Translations under genes and position numbers: made by a program
Notes under the pieces: model-generated
Seen by the model: only the letters and a program-made list of their open reading frames with translations
Told to the model about the DNA's origin: nothing
Database searches by the model: none
Assembly (NCBI RefSeq): GCF_001194135.2
Contig: NC_068986.1
Span: 79,022,411 to 79,067,090 of the forward strand
Length of the DNA: 44,680 nucleotides
Source of the DNA: Octopus bimaculoides
Taxonomy: Eukaryota
Direction of reading: 5' to 3'
Shown: positions 23,738 to 36,048 of the stretch, piece after piece
How positions within the stretch are numbered: the first letter of the stretch is position 1
Layout of the letters: each line of letters opens with the position of its first letter

Positions 23738-26381
23738 AACAAATAAATATAATTCCACAAAATGTGCTAACTCAGTTCTATTATGACCTTTCGTAAAGAC
23801 ATTGAACAATAAGGTTACGTTCCTTTCTGACTTTGTAGAGAATGTCATTTGCTAACAATGACTTACTTCCTAGAGTCCCTTATTTTCTTACGTTCTTGAT
23901 TGCCAGTACTTATGAATTCTTTCCGGAAACTCAATGTCTTTAAGAGAAGCTGCTGAGACAGAATAAAGGTATGCATACAGAAAGTTCACATTGTCGAATT
24001 GGGGGATTTTTCCATTAGCCCAAGAAATAAGGAAACCATCAAAACTCTCTCAATTCGTCTGGAAACATATTAATTAGATGAGGAACTTTATAGCGAAAGC
24101 GTGATTTACAGTCTTAATGAAGTTCAAGTACAAGTGATGATTTGGCTGGAAGTATTTTCAGAGTAGATAAACTGTTTTGGATCATCGTTGATCTCATAAC
24201 ATTCTTAATATACCAGATAAAACACTGAAAGATTTTCAAGGCTGTCAACTACGAAAAACGAAGTCTTATTATTACATTGTGGAATAGTTCTTCCATTACA
24301 GCTCAGTAAATTTATTAAATAATTCATTTGATTGAATTGGGATTGGAGAAATGTTTGATTTATGTATTGATTTTAAATGGAGTGTTTCTTGTTTCATATC
24401 AATTGATATATTAACATTATATATTTTACACAATTGATCAGCTCAGTTCTATTTGATTATTTTCTCTTTCAGGATAGTTCCAAATGAATCCAGATACAAA
24501 TAGAGACTTCACTGTAGCATTCAGATGCACTACCGCTACATAATTTGAAACTATGACTGTCGAAAGGAAAAATATAGGCAATGTCTTGGACGTAAAACTA
24601 TTATAGTGACCAAAGCTGTGACAGCCTTTAATATAGTCTTGACCACTCCAGGCAAATAATGGAACGTTGTATTTTTACACAATCGACAGTTAATGTAATT
24701 ATCTTATCGCTTGTCTTTTCATTACCGTCAATAAAATCAAGTTATATCTTTATTTTACTTCACATTGGTTAGTGACTTAAAAAAAAAAACTTATCCCGAT
24801 AACGACTCAATTTGTTTTATATGGGATAAATAATATTATAACATTTTGTATACTCACGTTCTTTCAGAACGGCTTTCTAAAATCGATGAATTATGACTTA
24901 TGAATGTATGTATATTGACTATAATACTACATAATTGTTTCTAGCAAGTAGAACTAGCTGATTCTTTTCGTGTATTTTATCATTTATTTTAATATATTTA
25001 CTGGATGCAAGAGACTGTTTTGATTGATAAGTGTTTTATAAATCTCAGTTACACACATGTGGAACAAAACTGAATCTATAATATAAAACTGTTATCTGTA
25101 AGTCGGTGAGTTTTATTTTTTAAACAGTGACGTCATTCTTCTAAGTATCCTGGCCAATACTCACTCTAAAGCGCATATATAAACACATTTTGATAAAGGA
25201 AACGTGTATAAATGTATATTCACGTAATTTTATTCATCATGTATATATGTATTCATAAAGAAAATTAAATACACATCAAATATTAAGATGTAACATTACA
25301 TTACCAGCATTGGGTAACTATACAAATTTATAAATTGAGCTGTATTGATTTATTGCTTATGCACAAGGCCAATTTTGTCATGAAAGACAAACTGTGGAGA
25401 CAATTAAACCAATGTATTGCAATGATTTATTTTATTTGCGTTGCAGGGATGAAAGAGAATGACGTACCAACTGGAGAACAAATTATTGAAGGAAATATAA
25501 ATAAGGCTGTTTAAGTGTTTCATTTAAATATATACACTAACTATTCAGCTAAATAGTATCCTCTAAAGCCGTATGATATTTTAAAAGACGTAAACTCATA
25601 ATTAATTGGTTTATGTGTATTACGTTGTTTCAATTCTCAGTCAGAACCAATTTCTTTCATGTAGTGCAGTAATATCTATAATCACGAAAATTTCCATTTT
25701 GCGCTTCACTGAAAATATACAGCTTTGTTACACAAAGCAGTATTATGTGTTAATAACTATGATTCTCTACATATTTGCTTAAGCTACTTGAAATAGCAAT
25801 CCTCATATCACAGCATAGTGTTTCTAAAATTGTTCTTTTGTATAGTATGATCCTAGATGCGCCATGTCTGGGGAAAATAAACGGGATGGCAGCAGCTGTC
25901 GTACATTTGATCATGGCTCAGCTCAATTAGAGTGGAACTGCAGTTAAACAATAAAAACAACAACAGTAAATCAATATTAAAATGTGTACAGCTATATGGT
26001 GCTCAGTCACATAGAATACGAATTAGTCATAATGCAAGTAATATAACTGAAATAAAATCACTTACAATAGAAATGTCAGACGATATGGCATAATGGAGAA
26101 GTCAAATGATTGCAAAAAAATTCCAATAATTGTTTAGCTATTCATTAGCATTGCGTAATAATGTGGAACATGCAGGCTTCGTTTTTTCTCCGGAAGTAAG
26201 TTAGAAAACAGAATATAGCGTCATCTCTTTTTTTAATACGGAGCGTTTGAAACGTCATACAATGCTAATATTAAGTGTTTCTACTTCAGCAAAAATCAAA
26301 GAAACAAATTCAAAATACTGACTTTTCTCTTTTGAGCAACAGTTCGCATATAAAATTGTAAGCCGTTTTATAAAAGCTAGA

Positions 26382-26452
26382 TATAATTGAAATACAAATG
26401 AAATACAAATGAAATACAAATGAAATATAATTGAAATACAATGAAATACAAA
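26382..26452. repeat. 11-bp unit minisatellite (GAAATACAAAT)~6
   Basis: Direct inspection. Confidence 0.85.
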
Positions 26453-27289
26453 TACCTAATATAGTCTATACTTCATTACAAGTGACATGGCAATCTGTTC
26501 AGATCTAATACTATTTTGATCCTGAACTTTTAATTTCCCTTATGAAAAGTAAACTGCTAGTACTAGTAACATTAGCATATTGGCCAAGCAACTAGATAAT
26601 GCACGCAAATACACAATATATTTGATGCACGACTTGGCAACGGCTTCGCCATGCTGTCGGTCAAATAGCATTGAACTATACTTCATACCAATTATTACTG
26701 TCATGAGAATGGTCCTACCTGGAAAATATAAGTTAGGTGGTCTTGTTTTCCATGCCATTAATGTTGTGCTCAAATTTCATATGGGGGGTCTTACAAAAAA
26801 TAAATTCCGATCCATAATCAAGAAAGTCAAGGTCTCACAATTATGATGTTGTTATCGTATTTTCGAAAAGGTAACTGGGAGTCCTAAAGAAATCATTTCT
26901 GGTTGGTAAACTTAACCACAATTTCGCTACATTTTCAAATCGATTGTACAAACTAAGTTGAGGAACCAGTGTCCACTGATTATATTTATGTCTACTTGGG
27001 ATAAAATTGATCCTAATGGATCGTACGTTGCACATAAACAAGACCGCGTAGCTGTTATAAATATTTACACTTTCTCTTTTATTTGTATCAATCAAACTTA
27101 AGAGACTAGTTGAGTGAAATCAATTTATATGTCATAATTATGTTATATTACTACCGGTAACATATGTACCCGGTACCGTCATGCCACTACCTACAGCTGA
27201 TACCTACTCGACGTGCTTCAAAAAACGTTGTAGGATGTCATGTGCAATTATCAGTAAATGTCCAAAAAATGGTGTAGAGTCGCTAATCT

Positions 27290-27410
27290 GGAGCATGGAT
27301 TCTCAAAGTGTGTTCTGCAAAACACCAGGGTTCCCTGAATGTTATTAGGGTTCCACGTTTTTAAAAAGAATGTCGAATGATTCCGCGGCAAAAAAGTTAG
27401 GGAACTACTG
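27290..27410. mobile_element. Degraded hAT/Charlie-like MITE
   Basis: Left end ..ttctcaaagtgtg, internal gggttcc motifs, right end aaaaaagttagggaactactg followed by atctag. Confidence 0.45.
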
Positions 27411-27829
27411 ATCTAGTGATTAACTAAATATTTTGAGGCTTACCGAAGTCATGCCACCGTACGAATTCATACAGTGGTGTTTGCTGTTGTTTGCCAGTAG
27501 TGCTGTCTGTGAAACAAGTTTCTCACCATGTAAACAGACGAGCGTATGACGCATGTGTTTATTGTACTTGAAGATGTATGCAGGTTTGCAGCATATCCTG
27601 TTCATACATTTTAGTAATGGTGCTGCAGCACCCATCAACAGATGTATAGAGCTTGCTATTAAATGATGCTTTACTATAAGCACGTAGCATGCCATTATAG
27701 GCACTAAGCGTTCCACCTATAGAACAGGCTACATTAAGGTAGCCACACAATTTTGTAACAGTGTTATTTCTACCTACAGGATAATACGTTACCTTCACCA
27801 ACAAATGCCTTGCTGTATGTGAAATACTA

Positions 27830-27932
27830 GGGTCTCACCTTTATACAGGGTCTATGGAAAATTCCTAATTTTTTGGCCCAAAATAGGGGTTTGACTTTTA
27901 CATGAGATCGACTATTACTCGAGTATATACAG
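27830..27932. mobile_element. Terminal fragment of a Tc1/mariner-superfamily (pogo-like) non-autonomous element
   Basis: ggggttgacttttacatgagatcgactattactcgagtatatacagta matches a known TIR style; only one end is visible. Confidence 0.5.
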
Positions 27933-28007
27933 TAAATGATATCTGTCTCTTACTGGATGGAGTAGATTTTTGTTGATCCCGCTTATAATGGAACAGTTAT
28001 ACAGTAA

Positions 28008-28054
<47 letters not shown>

Positions 28055-28099
28055 ATATATATATATATATGGTATGTGTGTGTCCACGCGTATATATAT

Positions 28100-28290
28100 A
28101 GTGAAAATTTTCAAAAAACCAAAAGACGAAGACGGGTGTGTAAGCAACAAACAGATGTATTAGTTTAACGCTCAGGAAGTGAGAAAGTCTTTTACGTTTC
28201 GATCCTACGCTCTTCGACAGAACTGAACACAGAAATAAACAAGGCGAGAAAATATATAAAGGTTTAGTGGCTAGCGATCTATAGCGCTGG
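28100..28290 (-). mobile_element. Penelope pLTR-like fragment carrying an HHR-like motif (28192-28222)
   Basis: Minus strand gtt-CTGTCGA-A-GAGCGTAGGATC-GAAACGTA-aaag. Confidence 0.5.
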
Positions 28291-28294
28291 GCTT

Positions 28295-28440
28295 CTTTCG
28301 GATTCATCTACCAAACCTGCTCACAAGGCCTTGATTGGGCCGGGACTATAGTAGAAAACATTTGCCCAAGATGCAATGCAGTGGAACTGGACCCGCGACC
28401 ATGCCGCTGGAAAGCGAACTTCTTCGCATGCAGCCATACT
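28295..28440 (-). mobile_element. SINE head/body (family of 33143-33300)
   Basis: ctaccaaacctgctcacaaggccttgattgggccgggactatagtagaaaacatttgcccaag...cagtggaactggaccc. Confidence 0.75.
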
Positions 28441-29985
28441 TCTCTTATTTCTTTAATTATTCCTGCGTACATATATTGAAATGCTCATGATTTCTCTAAA
28501 CACTCTTGGTACAGAGAAATATAGCTTGCTCTTGGTAGAGGGTGGCATAGGCTGAACTGTTTATAACAAACTTGATTTCATATGTGGAATTGACTCATAT
28601 TCCAGAAAAATAGACGCAAACCATGTTATTGCAACCGAAATTCGTTACTGTCGGTATCATAGACCAACCTGCATAAAAAAGCAGTCGATCGTCGTTCACA
28701 ACTTCAATGATGTTTAGTTTTCTTTTGTTTTTCATCGACATAGAGATTGTTTCGGCTTTAACTTAATAGATTTTCATAGCCACTCTAATTTTAACGTTTA
28801 TTGATAATGTCCACGACGCGGTGAGAAGTTGCTACTCAGACTACGGCAGCTATGGCTTGAAAGCAGTATGTCAGTTCATCCATTCGGACAATGTTCGGTC
28901 GCATCTATATTCGTAAACATATTCGTTTTTCTCACCAATCTACATCTTAATGATATATGATCAAATAGCTACTAATACATTACTAGAGCATAATATTGAA
29001 TATTAGAATGAGAACTACTTTTTGGTTCCAATATACTATTAAATTAATTAAGCAAAGTTAATTTTTGTATCATTGTTAATACTGACACTAATTGCGTTAC
29101 AGTAATTAAAATATTCGTCGTGAAATATAATTTACAGGAGTAAGAAATTCATATATTATTCATACTACCAATCATAAGTGATTAAATATATGGAAATAAT
29201 TAACGAATAATCTTCGCGTGCAATATGTGTCAGTATGACTGTGCATGCATGTATGCATGTCTGTATGTATTTATGTATGTATGTATGTATGTACGCACGT
29301 ACGTACGTACGTACGTATGTATGTATGTATGTATGCATGTATGTATATATATGCATAGGTATATATACATATGTGCGTGCGTGTGTGTGATAAACATTAT
29401 CGACCACATATATTTAGCGTAAATGGTGAGTGTATTTCCCAGTAGGCTATGATTTGGTGTGTTCGAAGCGCCGGTTGTTAAANNNNNNNNNNNNNNNNNN
29501 NNNNNNNNNNNNNNNNNNNNNNNNNNNNNNNNNNNNNNNNNNNNNNNNNNNNNNNNNNNNNNNNNNNNNNNNNNNNNNNNNNNNNNNNNNNNNNNNNNNN
29601 NNNNNNNNNNNNNNNNNNNNNNNNNNNNNNNNNNNNNNNNNNNNNNNNNNNNNNNNNNNNNNNNNNNNNNNNNNNNNNNNNNNNNNNNNNNNNNNNNNNN
29701 NNNNNNNNNNNNNNNNNNNNNNNNNNNNNNNNNNNNNNNNNNNNNNNNNNNNNNNNNNNNNNNNNNNNNNNNNNNNNNNNNNNNNNNNNNNNNNNNNNNN
29801 NNNNNNNNNNNNNNNNNNNNNNNNNNNNNNNNNNNNNNNNNNNNNNNNNNNNNNNNNNNNNNNNNNNNNNNNNNNNNNNNNNNNNNNNNNNNNNNNNNNN
29901 NNNNNNNNNNNNNNNNNNNNNNNNNNNNNNNNGAAAGATGAAAGAAAGTAAACAAAGAAAATAAAGGGAGAAAAGAAAAGAAAAT

Positions 29986-30290
29986 TCACAGCGACAATGC
30001 CCTTCTCAGAATGTGTGACGTACTAGCTAAGACAATCCTTTGCACTTCCTGCATGGATAGTAAGCCAGGGATCATTCTCAAATAATTTTCAGTTCCTTTT
30101 TTGATCATTCCAAGTGCTAAGATAATAACTGGTATTGTAACCGTGTTGAGATGCCACATCTTTTTGCTTTCGATTAGGAAATCTTTATATTTTCTGAGCT
30201 TATCAAATCCTTTTTCGGAGATACTATGGTCACAGGGTATGCTTGTGTCAATTAATATATAGAATCTATTGACATTCACTATGATGTCTG
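29986..30290 (-). mobile_element. R4/Dong-type non-LTR retrotransposon 3' fragment (RLE endonuclease C-terminus)
   Basis: LIDTSIPCDHSISEKGFDKLRKYKD...KMWHLNTVTIPVIILALGMIKKG...EVQRIVLASTSHILRRALSL*. Confidence 0.85.
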
Positions 30291-30521
30291 CTTATTAGCT
30301 TTGATGGTCCGGCCTGTACATACTGGAAAGTCCAAGAGAATCGTAAAATGTTTTCCCTCAGTTACAGCCTCAAGGTGGTGTTTTACCATTTGTCAACAGT
30401 TTTGATTCTATAATGCCGACATATTATCCAGTGTAGATATTGGCCAACTCTGTGTCTTGATTTGAACTCTACAGATGCTAGAACTTTACACCCAGAGATT
30501 AGGTGGTCTACTATTTCAGTC

Positions 30522-32080
30522 CCTATGACATGATTCCACACTCATGGATAAGTGAATGTTTGAGTATATTCCGTATAGTAGGCAACATAAGAGAATTAAT
30601 TAGCTTTAGCATGAACAAATGGAAGAAATGCATGGAGTTAGCTAGCTGGTAGATTCACAAGATATAGGGAAACCAAAAGCTCAAGCGAAGCTAAAAACCA
30701 GAAAAAAGAACAGAAGTTATCTGACTGACAGGAGAAGACTTTGCATGGAAGATTTCCAGATATACAGGGTGTCCCAAAAAGATGTACTCGCTCTTTGACA
30801 GACGATTACTAATGTATTGTTTATTGTGATGTACGGGCTTACCTCGATGCAACAAATCGAAACAAATGGATTGGAAAGAGAGGTAGCGTTGATTTCCTGC
30901 ACGTTCTCCAGACCTTACGCCAATGGTTTGTTTTTAATGGGGACATCTCAAAGATAAGGTTTACGCTGCAAAACCAGTGACAATTGATGATTTGAAAAGT
31001 GAAATTCGAATACAATGTCTTGAAATTTCATATGAAATGTTTGGCAATGTTGTCGAATCGATTGTTGGACGTTATCAGCTTTGGAAAATGAAGGAAGGCA
31101 GTTTGAACATTTGGGAACACACAGGAATGAGAGAGAACATTAAATATTTCTAAATGACAATAAATAATTGTTTATACAACGATATATTTTCCTGAATTTA
31201 ATTTAACTTTTAGGATTGCATGTATATCAATAAACATCTACTTGAACACAAAATGCATGAGTATTGGGAAGTCAAAGAGTGAGTACATCTTTTTGGGACA
31301 CCCTGTAGTTGCAGCAAATAGTAGCAGTGAGACATGAACAGAAGACTGAAAGGGGTGACAGAAAGTTTGTTAATAGCAGTACAAAATCAATCATTAAGAA
31401 GTAATTGGATGAAAGCCAAGATAGACAAAAGCCAAGTGAATTTCGAATGTAGGCTATGCAAATCAAAGGAGGAAAGTGTTACTCATATAGTAAGTAATTG
31501 TAGCATGCTGGCACAGAAAGAATGCACGAAAAGACATGACAACCTAGGGAGAGTAATCTACTGGGAATTACGTAGAGAGCTAGGATTTCACCAGACTGAT
31601 AAACGGTATGAACATTAACTTAGTTAAGTACTAGAAAGTAAGAAATATAAGATGCTGTGCGACTTTAACATTCAGATTGACAGTAACAGAAGCTAGAAGG
31701 CCTGATTTAGTATTAGTAGATAAAAAGAATAGAAAGTACTAGATAATTACAGTCCCAAATAATGAAAAAATCAAAATGAGAGGTGCAGAAAAAATAGCAA
31801 AGTACCAGGAACTAGCCATTGAATTACAGAGACTATGGAAAGTGCGGGTAAAATGTACTCAGGTAATTATAGGTGCATCGGGAACTATCCCTAAAGATTT
31901 GAACAAATGGATATAGGAAATAGGCATAAAACCCAGTTTAGTACAGCTCCAGAAAACAGTGTTATTAGGGACAGCTAGGATACATAGGAGGGTTCTTAGC
32001 ATCTAAGGTTACTTGTTGTAGCCCGATGTTAGGATTTTTCTTTTCCAGCAGTCAAATCTGTTGTGTGTATATGAATAATA

Positions 32081-32127
<47 letters not shown>
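30522..32127 (+). mobile_element. R4/Dong-type retrotransposon, internally deleted, interrupted by a mariner, with (AAT)3(GAT)n tail
   Basis: YDMIPHSWISECL (RT); TESLLIAVQNQSL..CRLCKSKEESVTHIVSNC (CCHC); RHD; RRPDLVLVDKK; EKIAKYQELAIELQRLW; QKTVLLGTARI. Confidence 0.9.
30765..31305 (+). mobile_element. Internally deleted Tc1/mariner (rosa/DD41D-like) element
   Basis: 35-bp TIRs CAGGGTGTCCCAAAAAGATGTACTC(G/A)CTCTTTGAC with one mismatch; TA duplications at 30763-64 and 31306-07; KWIGKRGSVD..ARSPDLTP..HLKDKVY...GRQFEHL. Confidence 0.9.
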
Positions 32128-33142
32128 AGTGCATCGCGAAAAGAACTTATATGAGTAACGACTGATAAATTTTCTTTACAAATCTAATAGTAATGTGTGA
32201 AGAGTCCAAGTACGTTTGGAAAATTCTCATATTTTCAGAGCCTATTCTCTCAGTGGCAAGGACATTATGACAACGTAAAGACTAGTGACAAGTGGAACCA
32301 TTGGGAGATGTTAATATACACATAAATGGCAACTTTCAAACAATGAGTATTTTAAGAAGCAGTCAACGTATAAAGATGGTGATATGCTCTACGTTTCGTT
32401 TCTTGAAAGATGTAATAGTTTTGTAGCTTTATATCATCCTTGTAACCTACTCGAAAATAGCTGCAGCTACGCAGATGTAAGAAAAGGAGTGAAAAAATTA
32501 CTGGGCAATTTCTAATATTTGTAGTAGTTCTTTCATCATGGAAATGAAGCAGCGAGATGAACTAAAACATCAAAGTAATACCTGTAACATATTGTCATTA
32601 TCCTTCAACACAGAAAACTACGTGTCTTGTAGATAAAAGAAATCATTATTGGATTGCAGTTCTGTACTGAGAAACTAAAATTTAAAACCATTACGCTTAC
32701 AGTAGTCCTAAACGGTGTGTCGCCAAATACGTTTGAGCTGCGAGTTATCTAACCATTAAAATGTCGTATTCTATAAAATTCACTTTATTACACACATAGA
32801 ACACACGTCAGCGCAACTAACTTCATTCTAGTCAAGAACAATGTGATTATTTCTTGTGAAATAATCTGTGAACATGCTTGGCCATAATTATGAACATATC
32901 ATTAACTACTTTTAAAATGTTCCTCACCATATTGTGTCGATAGACTTTCAGTCATGGATATGCACTCCACCGGTTGCTTTCGTGAAATCATTAATATAAA
33001 ACAGTATGCCCAGATTCGTGTGTGTGTGTGTGTGTGTGTGCGCGCTCGTACGCGCACATACGTGTATGTTTGTGTGTTTGCATGTGTTATTATGTGCTTG
33101 TGTGTGTGTCTGTGTGAGAGAGAGAGCGAAGAAAAACATATC

Positions 33143-33319
33143 AGGCGTGGTCTTGTGGTAAGAAGCGTGCTTCTCAACCACATGGATCTCGGTTCAGTCC
33201 CACTGCGTGGCACCCTGGGCAGGTGTTTTCTACTATAGCTTCGGGCCGACCAAAGCTTTCTGAGTGGATTTGGTAGACGGAAACTGAAAGAAGCCCGTCG
33301 TATATATATNNNNNNNNNN

Positions 33320-33351
<32 letters not shown>

Positions 33352-33551
33352 CACTTTTGTTTGCCTGCGTTTGTCCCCGCACCATCGCTTGACAACCGAT
33401 GTTGGTGTGTTTACGCCCCAGTAGCCAAGCTGTTCGGCAAAAGTGACCGATAGAATAAGTACTAGGCTTACAAAGAATAAATTCGACTAAAGGCAGTGCT
33501 CCAGCATGGTGGTAGTCAAATGACTGAAACAAATTTAAAAAATGAAAGAAT
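33143..33551 (+). mobile_element. Composite SINE: tRNA head + body + internal microsatellite + LINE-like tail
   Basis: Head aggcgtggtcttgtggtaagaag..ggttcagtccc; (TA)/(TATG) tract at 33300-33350; tail ending aaggcagtgctccagcatggtggtagtcaaatgactgaaacaa. Confidence 0.85.
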
Positions 33552-33777
33552 ATATACGGCTGTGAGTAATATGAATAATAAAAATAATCTTCAAATGAGC
33601 TGAAGCATTTACTTTTAATTTTTGAATTTTATTTTACCGTTGGAATTCACTAAAAGAACATCACCTTCACAACCTTCCATTGCGTGTATAGCTGTAAATC
33701 AAAAGAAACATATTTTAAATCATCATTGTAATCAATATTCGTTCGGGATTTCTATACATTCACACTGTCTTGGGCGA

Positions 33778-34101
33778 AGGCACGTGGCTTACTGGTTAGG
33801 GTATTCGGTTCACTACCATAAGGTCATGAGTTCAATTCCAGGCGACGTGTTGTGTCCTTGAGCAAGACACTTTATTTCACGTTGCTCCAGTCCTCTCAGC
33901 TGTCAAAAATGAGTAGAACCTGTGTTTCAAAGGACCAGCATTGTCACACTCTGTGTCACGCTGAATCATCCCTGAGAACTAAGTTAAAAGTATACGTGTC
34001 TGCGGAGTGCTCAGCCATTTGAACGTTAATTTTACGAGCAGACTACTCCGTTGATCGGATCGACTGGAACACTCGTCGTCGTAGGCGACGGAGTACCAGT
34101 T
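33778..34101 (+). mobile_element. Near full-length CORE-type SINE
   Basis: A box gtggcttactgg, B box gagttcaattcc, core gtgttgtgtccttgagcaagacactttatttc, tail ctcgtcgtcgtaggcgacggagtaccagt. Confidence 0.85.
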
Positions 34102-35049
34102 NNNNNNNNNNNNNNNNNNNNNNNNNNNNNNNNNNNNNNNNNNNNNNNNNNNNNNNNNNNNNNNNNNNNNNNNNNNNNNNNNNNNNNNNNNNNNNNNNNN
34201 NNNNNNNNNNNNNNNNNNNNNNNNNNNNNNNNNNNNNNNNNNNNNNNNNNNNNNNNNNNNNNNNNNNNNNNNNNNNNNNNNNNNNNNNNNNNNNNNNNNN
34301 NNNNNNNNNNNNNNNNNNNNNNNNNNNNNNNNNNNNNNNNNNNNNNNNNNNNNNNNNNNNNNNNNNNNNNNNNNNNNNNNNNNNNNNNNNNNNNNNNNNN
34401 NNNNNNNNNNNNNNNNNNNNNNNNNNNNNNNNNNNNNNNNNNNNNNNNNNNNNNNNNNNNNNNNNNNNNNNNNNNNNNNNNNNNNNNNNNNNNNNNNNNN
34501 NNNNNNNNNNNNNNNNNNNNNNNNNNNNNNNNNNNNNNNNNNNNNNNNNNNNNNNNNNNNNNNNNNNNNNNNNNNNNTATATATATATACATATATTATA
34601 TGTTTATTTGTAGAGTGAGTAATTGATTGAGAATATCAATTTGCAGTCCAACAAAAGATATGTAATTAGTTTTCTTACTGAAAAAAAAAAAAAGAAAAGT
34701 GAAACTGAATTATGGCAGGACACTGACAAACCGCTTTACTTCCCCAAAATCCTTTTGTGTTCCATTCTAGTTCCTGTTCTAATTGCGCTGTTTTGATTCA
34801 TAGCATTATATTTTCCATCACTCTGATTAAAGAAAATCTCTCTAATTTTCACCTCCTTATATCACTCTTCCTCTCCTTCGTATACACGCATTCATATACA
34901 GGCATACTCATATATATTTATCTGTGTGTCTGTATGTACGCATATGTTATACTCACCTATATATGGTGAAGATAAAGTCTGGATATATGGAAGATATTAA
35001 TATTGCTGTTTGTTTCTCCTGCAGATTGAATATGAAGGAAGAATTGAAT

Positions 35050-35268
35050 TAGTACCACTCACTGGAGGCGAGGGACGATAACTGATGCTTTCAATAGCAT
35101 CCTAGAATGACCCTCATTGCTTTTTTCAACAGCCCTTCCAAAAATATCGTTGCGAAGACACTGGACAAATCCTGTTCCGGAAGACAAATTATAACGAATA
35201 AAACAAAAGAAGCTGTCATGGCTAAGGCTATTGCTGACTCCATCTACCTCGACTTTAGGGTCTCCCTG
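35050..35268. mobile_element. Single-ended Tc1/mariner-like fragment
   Basis: Ends actttagggtctccctg followed by TA (CAGGG.GACCC-type TIR); no partner TIR seen. Confidence 0.35.
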
Positions 35269-35297
35269 TATATACATATATATGTATGTGTGTGTAT

Positions 35298-35400
35298 TAT
35301 CTTTTATCTTTTACTTATTTCAGTCATTAGACTGCGGCCCTGCTGGGGCACCGCCTTGAAGACTTTGTTTAGTCGAATGAATCAACACCAATTCTTTTTT
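35298..35400 (-). mobile_element. SINE 3' tail fragment
   Basis: ttttacttatttcagtcattagactgcggccctgctggggcaccgccttgaa..ttagtcgaa is the reverse complement of the tail at 33480-33550. Confidence 0.8.
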
Positions 35401-35464
35401 CTTTTCTTTTTAGCCTTTTGAAGGCATTTTTTCAACGTAATTGGCTCTTTTTAAGCCATTCAAT

Positions 35465-36048
35465 TTACAAGAGTAGGATCAATGTCGGGTGTGGTGTGTC
35501 ATAAAGTATTTTAATAGGGCCAATATTCTTAGATGGTACTGCTACTGGCCAAACGTACATAGACATGTTACGAACGTCCATTTTACCCGCCATACATACA
35601 CTGCGTAGAAATGATGAATTTTTCTTTCAGCAATACGTTATACCGCCACACAGGAGCCGTGACTTGTGGGTTTACCTGATGAGAATTTGCAAGGACACTA
35701 GGTAGGACGAAGAGGTGCAGTTGCGTTCCTCGCACACATCTGGTTTAACACTTGCAGATCTTTACTTGTGTATCGTAGAAATCTGGTTATACTGACTGCC
35801 GTTCGTGAAGAATTTGTAACAGCGTGTGCACAATCCCACTGGAAAATTTGGCCAAGGTTCCTCAAGTAGGTGTCTGGTGTTCTAATAAGTACCCGGAAGT
35901 TAATGGTCACAACGCTGAGCATCGCTTGTAATTATAAAAGGTTAAATATAACATATTAATCCCGTGATGTCTGAATAAATTTGGTACTAAAAATTTCTAC
36001 ACGTTTTTCTTTTGCTGGAGTGTGTATACAATTGTTTGGTGGATCCTG
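35465..36048 (+). mobile_element. Degenerate rosa/DD41D-like Tc1/mariner transposase 3' half with right TIR
   Basis: INVGCGVS..ILIGPIFLDGTATGQTYIDML...EFFFQQYVIPPH...YLDENL..VGRRGAV; terminal tgtatacaattgtttggtggatcctg followed by TA. Confidence 0.75.

Noticed and set aside
26382-26452. Regular short repeats as a CRISPR-like array
   Set aside because: Eukaryotic context and no unique spacers; a simple minisatellite.
27470-27545. Plus-strand LLLFASSAVCETSFS resembling a hAT dimerisation motif
   Set aside because: Short match with no flanking transposase similarity; could be chance.
28590-28900. Possible Tigger/pogo N-terminus on the minus strand
   Set aside because: Similarity too weak and broken to support a call.
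35676-35712. CTGATGAG...GACGAAG resembling a hammerhead core
   Set aside because: It lies within mariner coding sequence (YLDENL); there is no stem II or GAAA/helix III.
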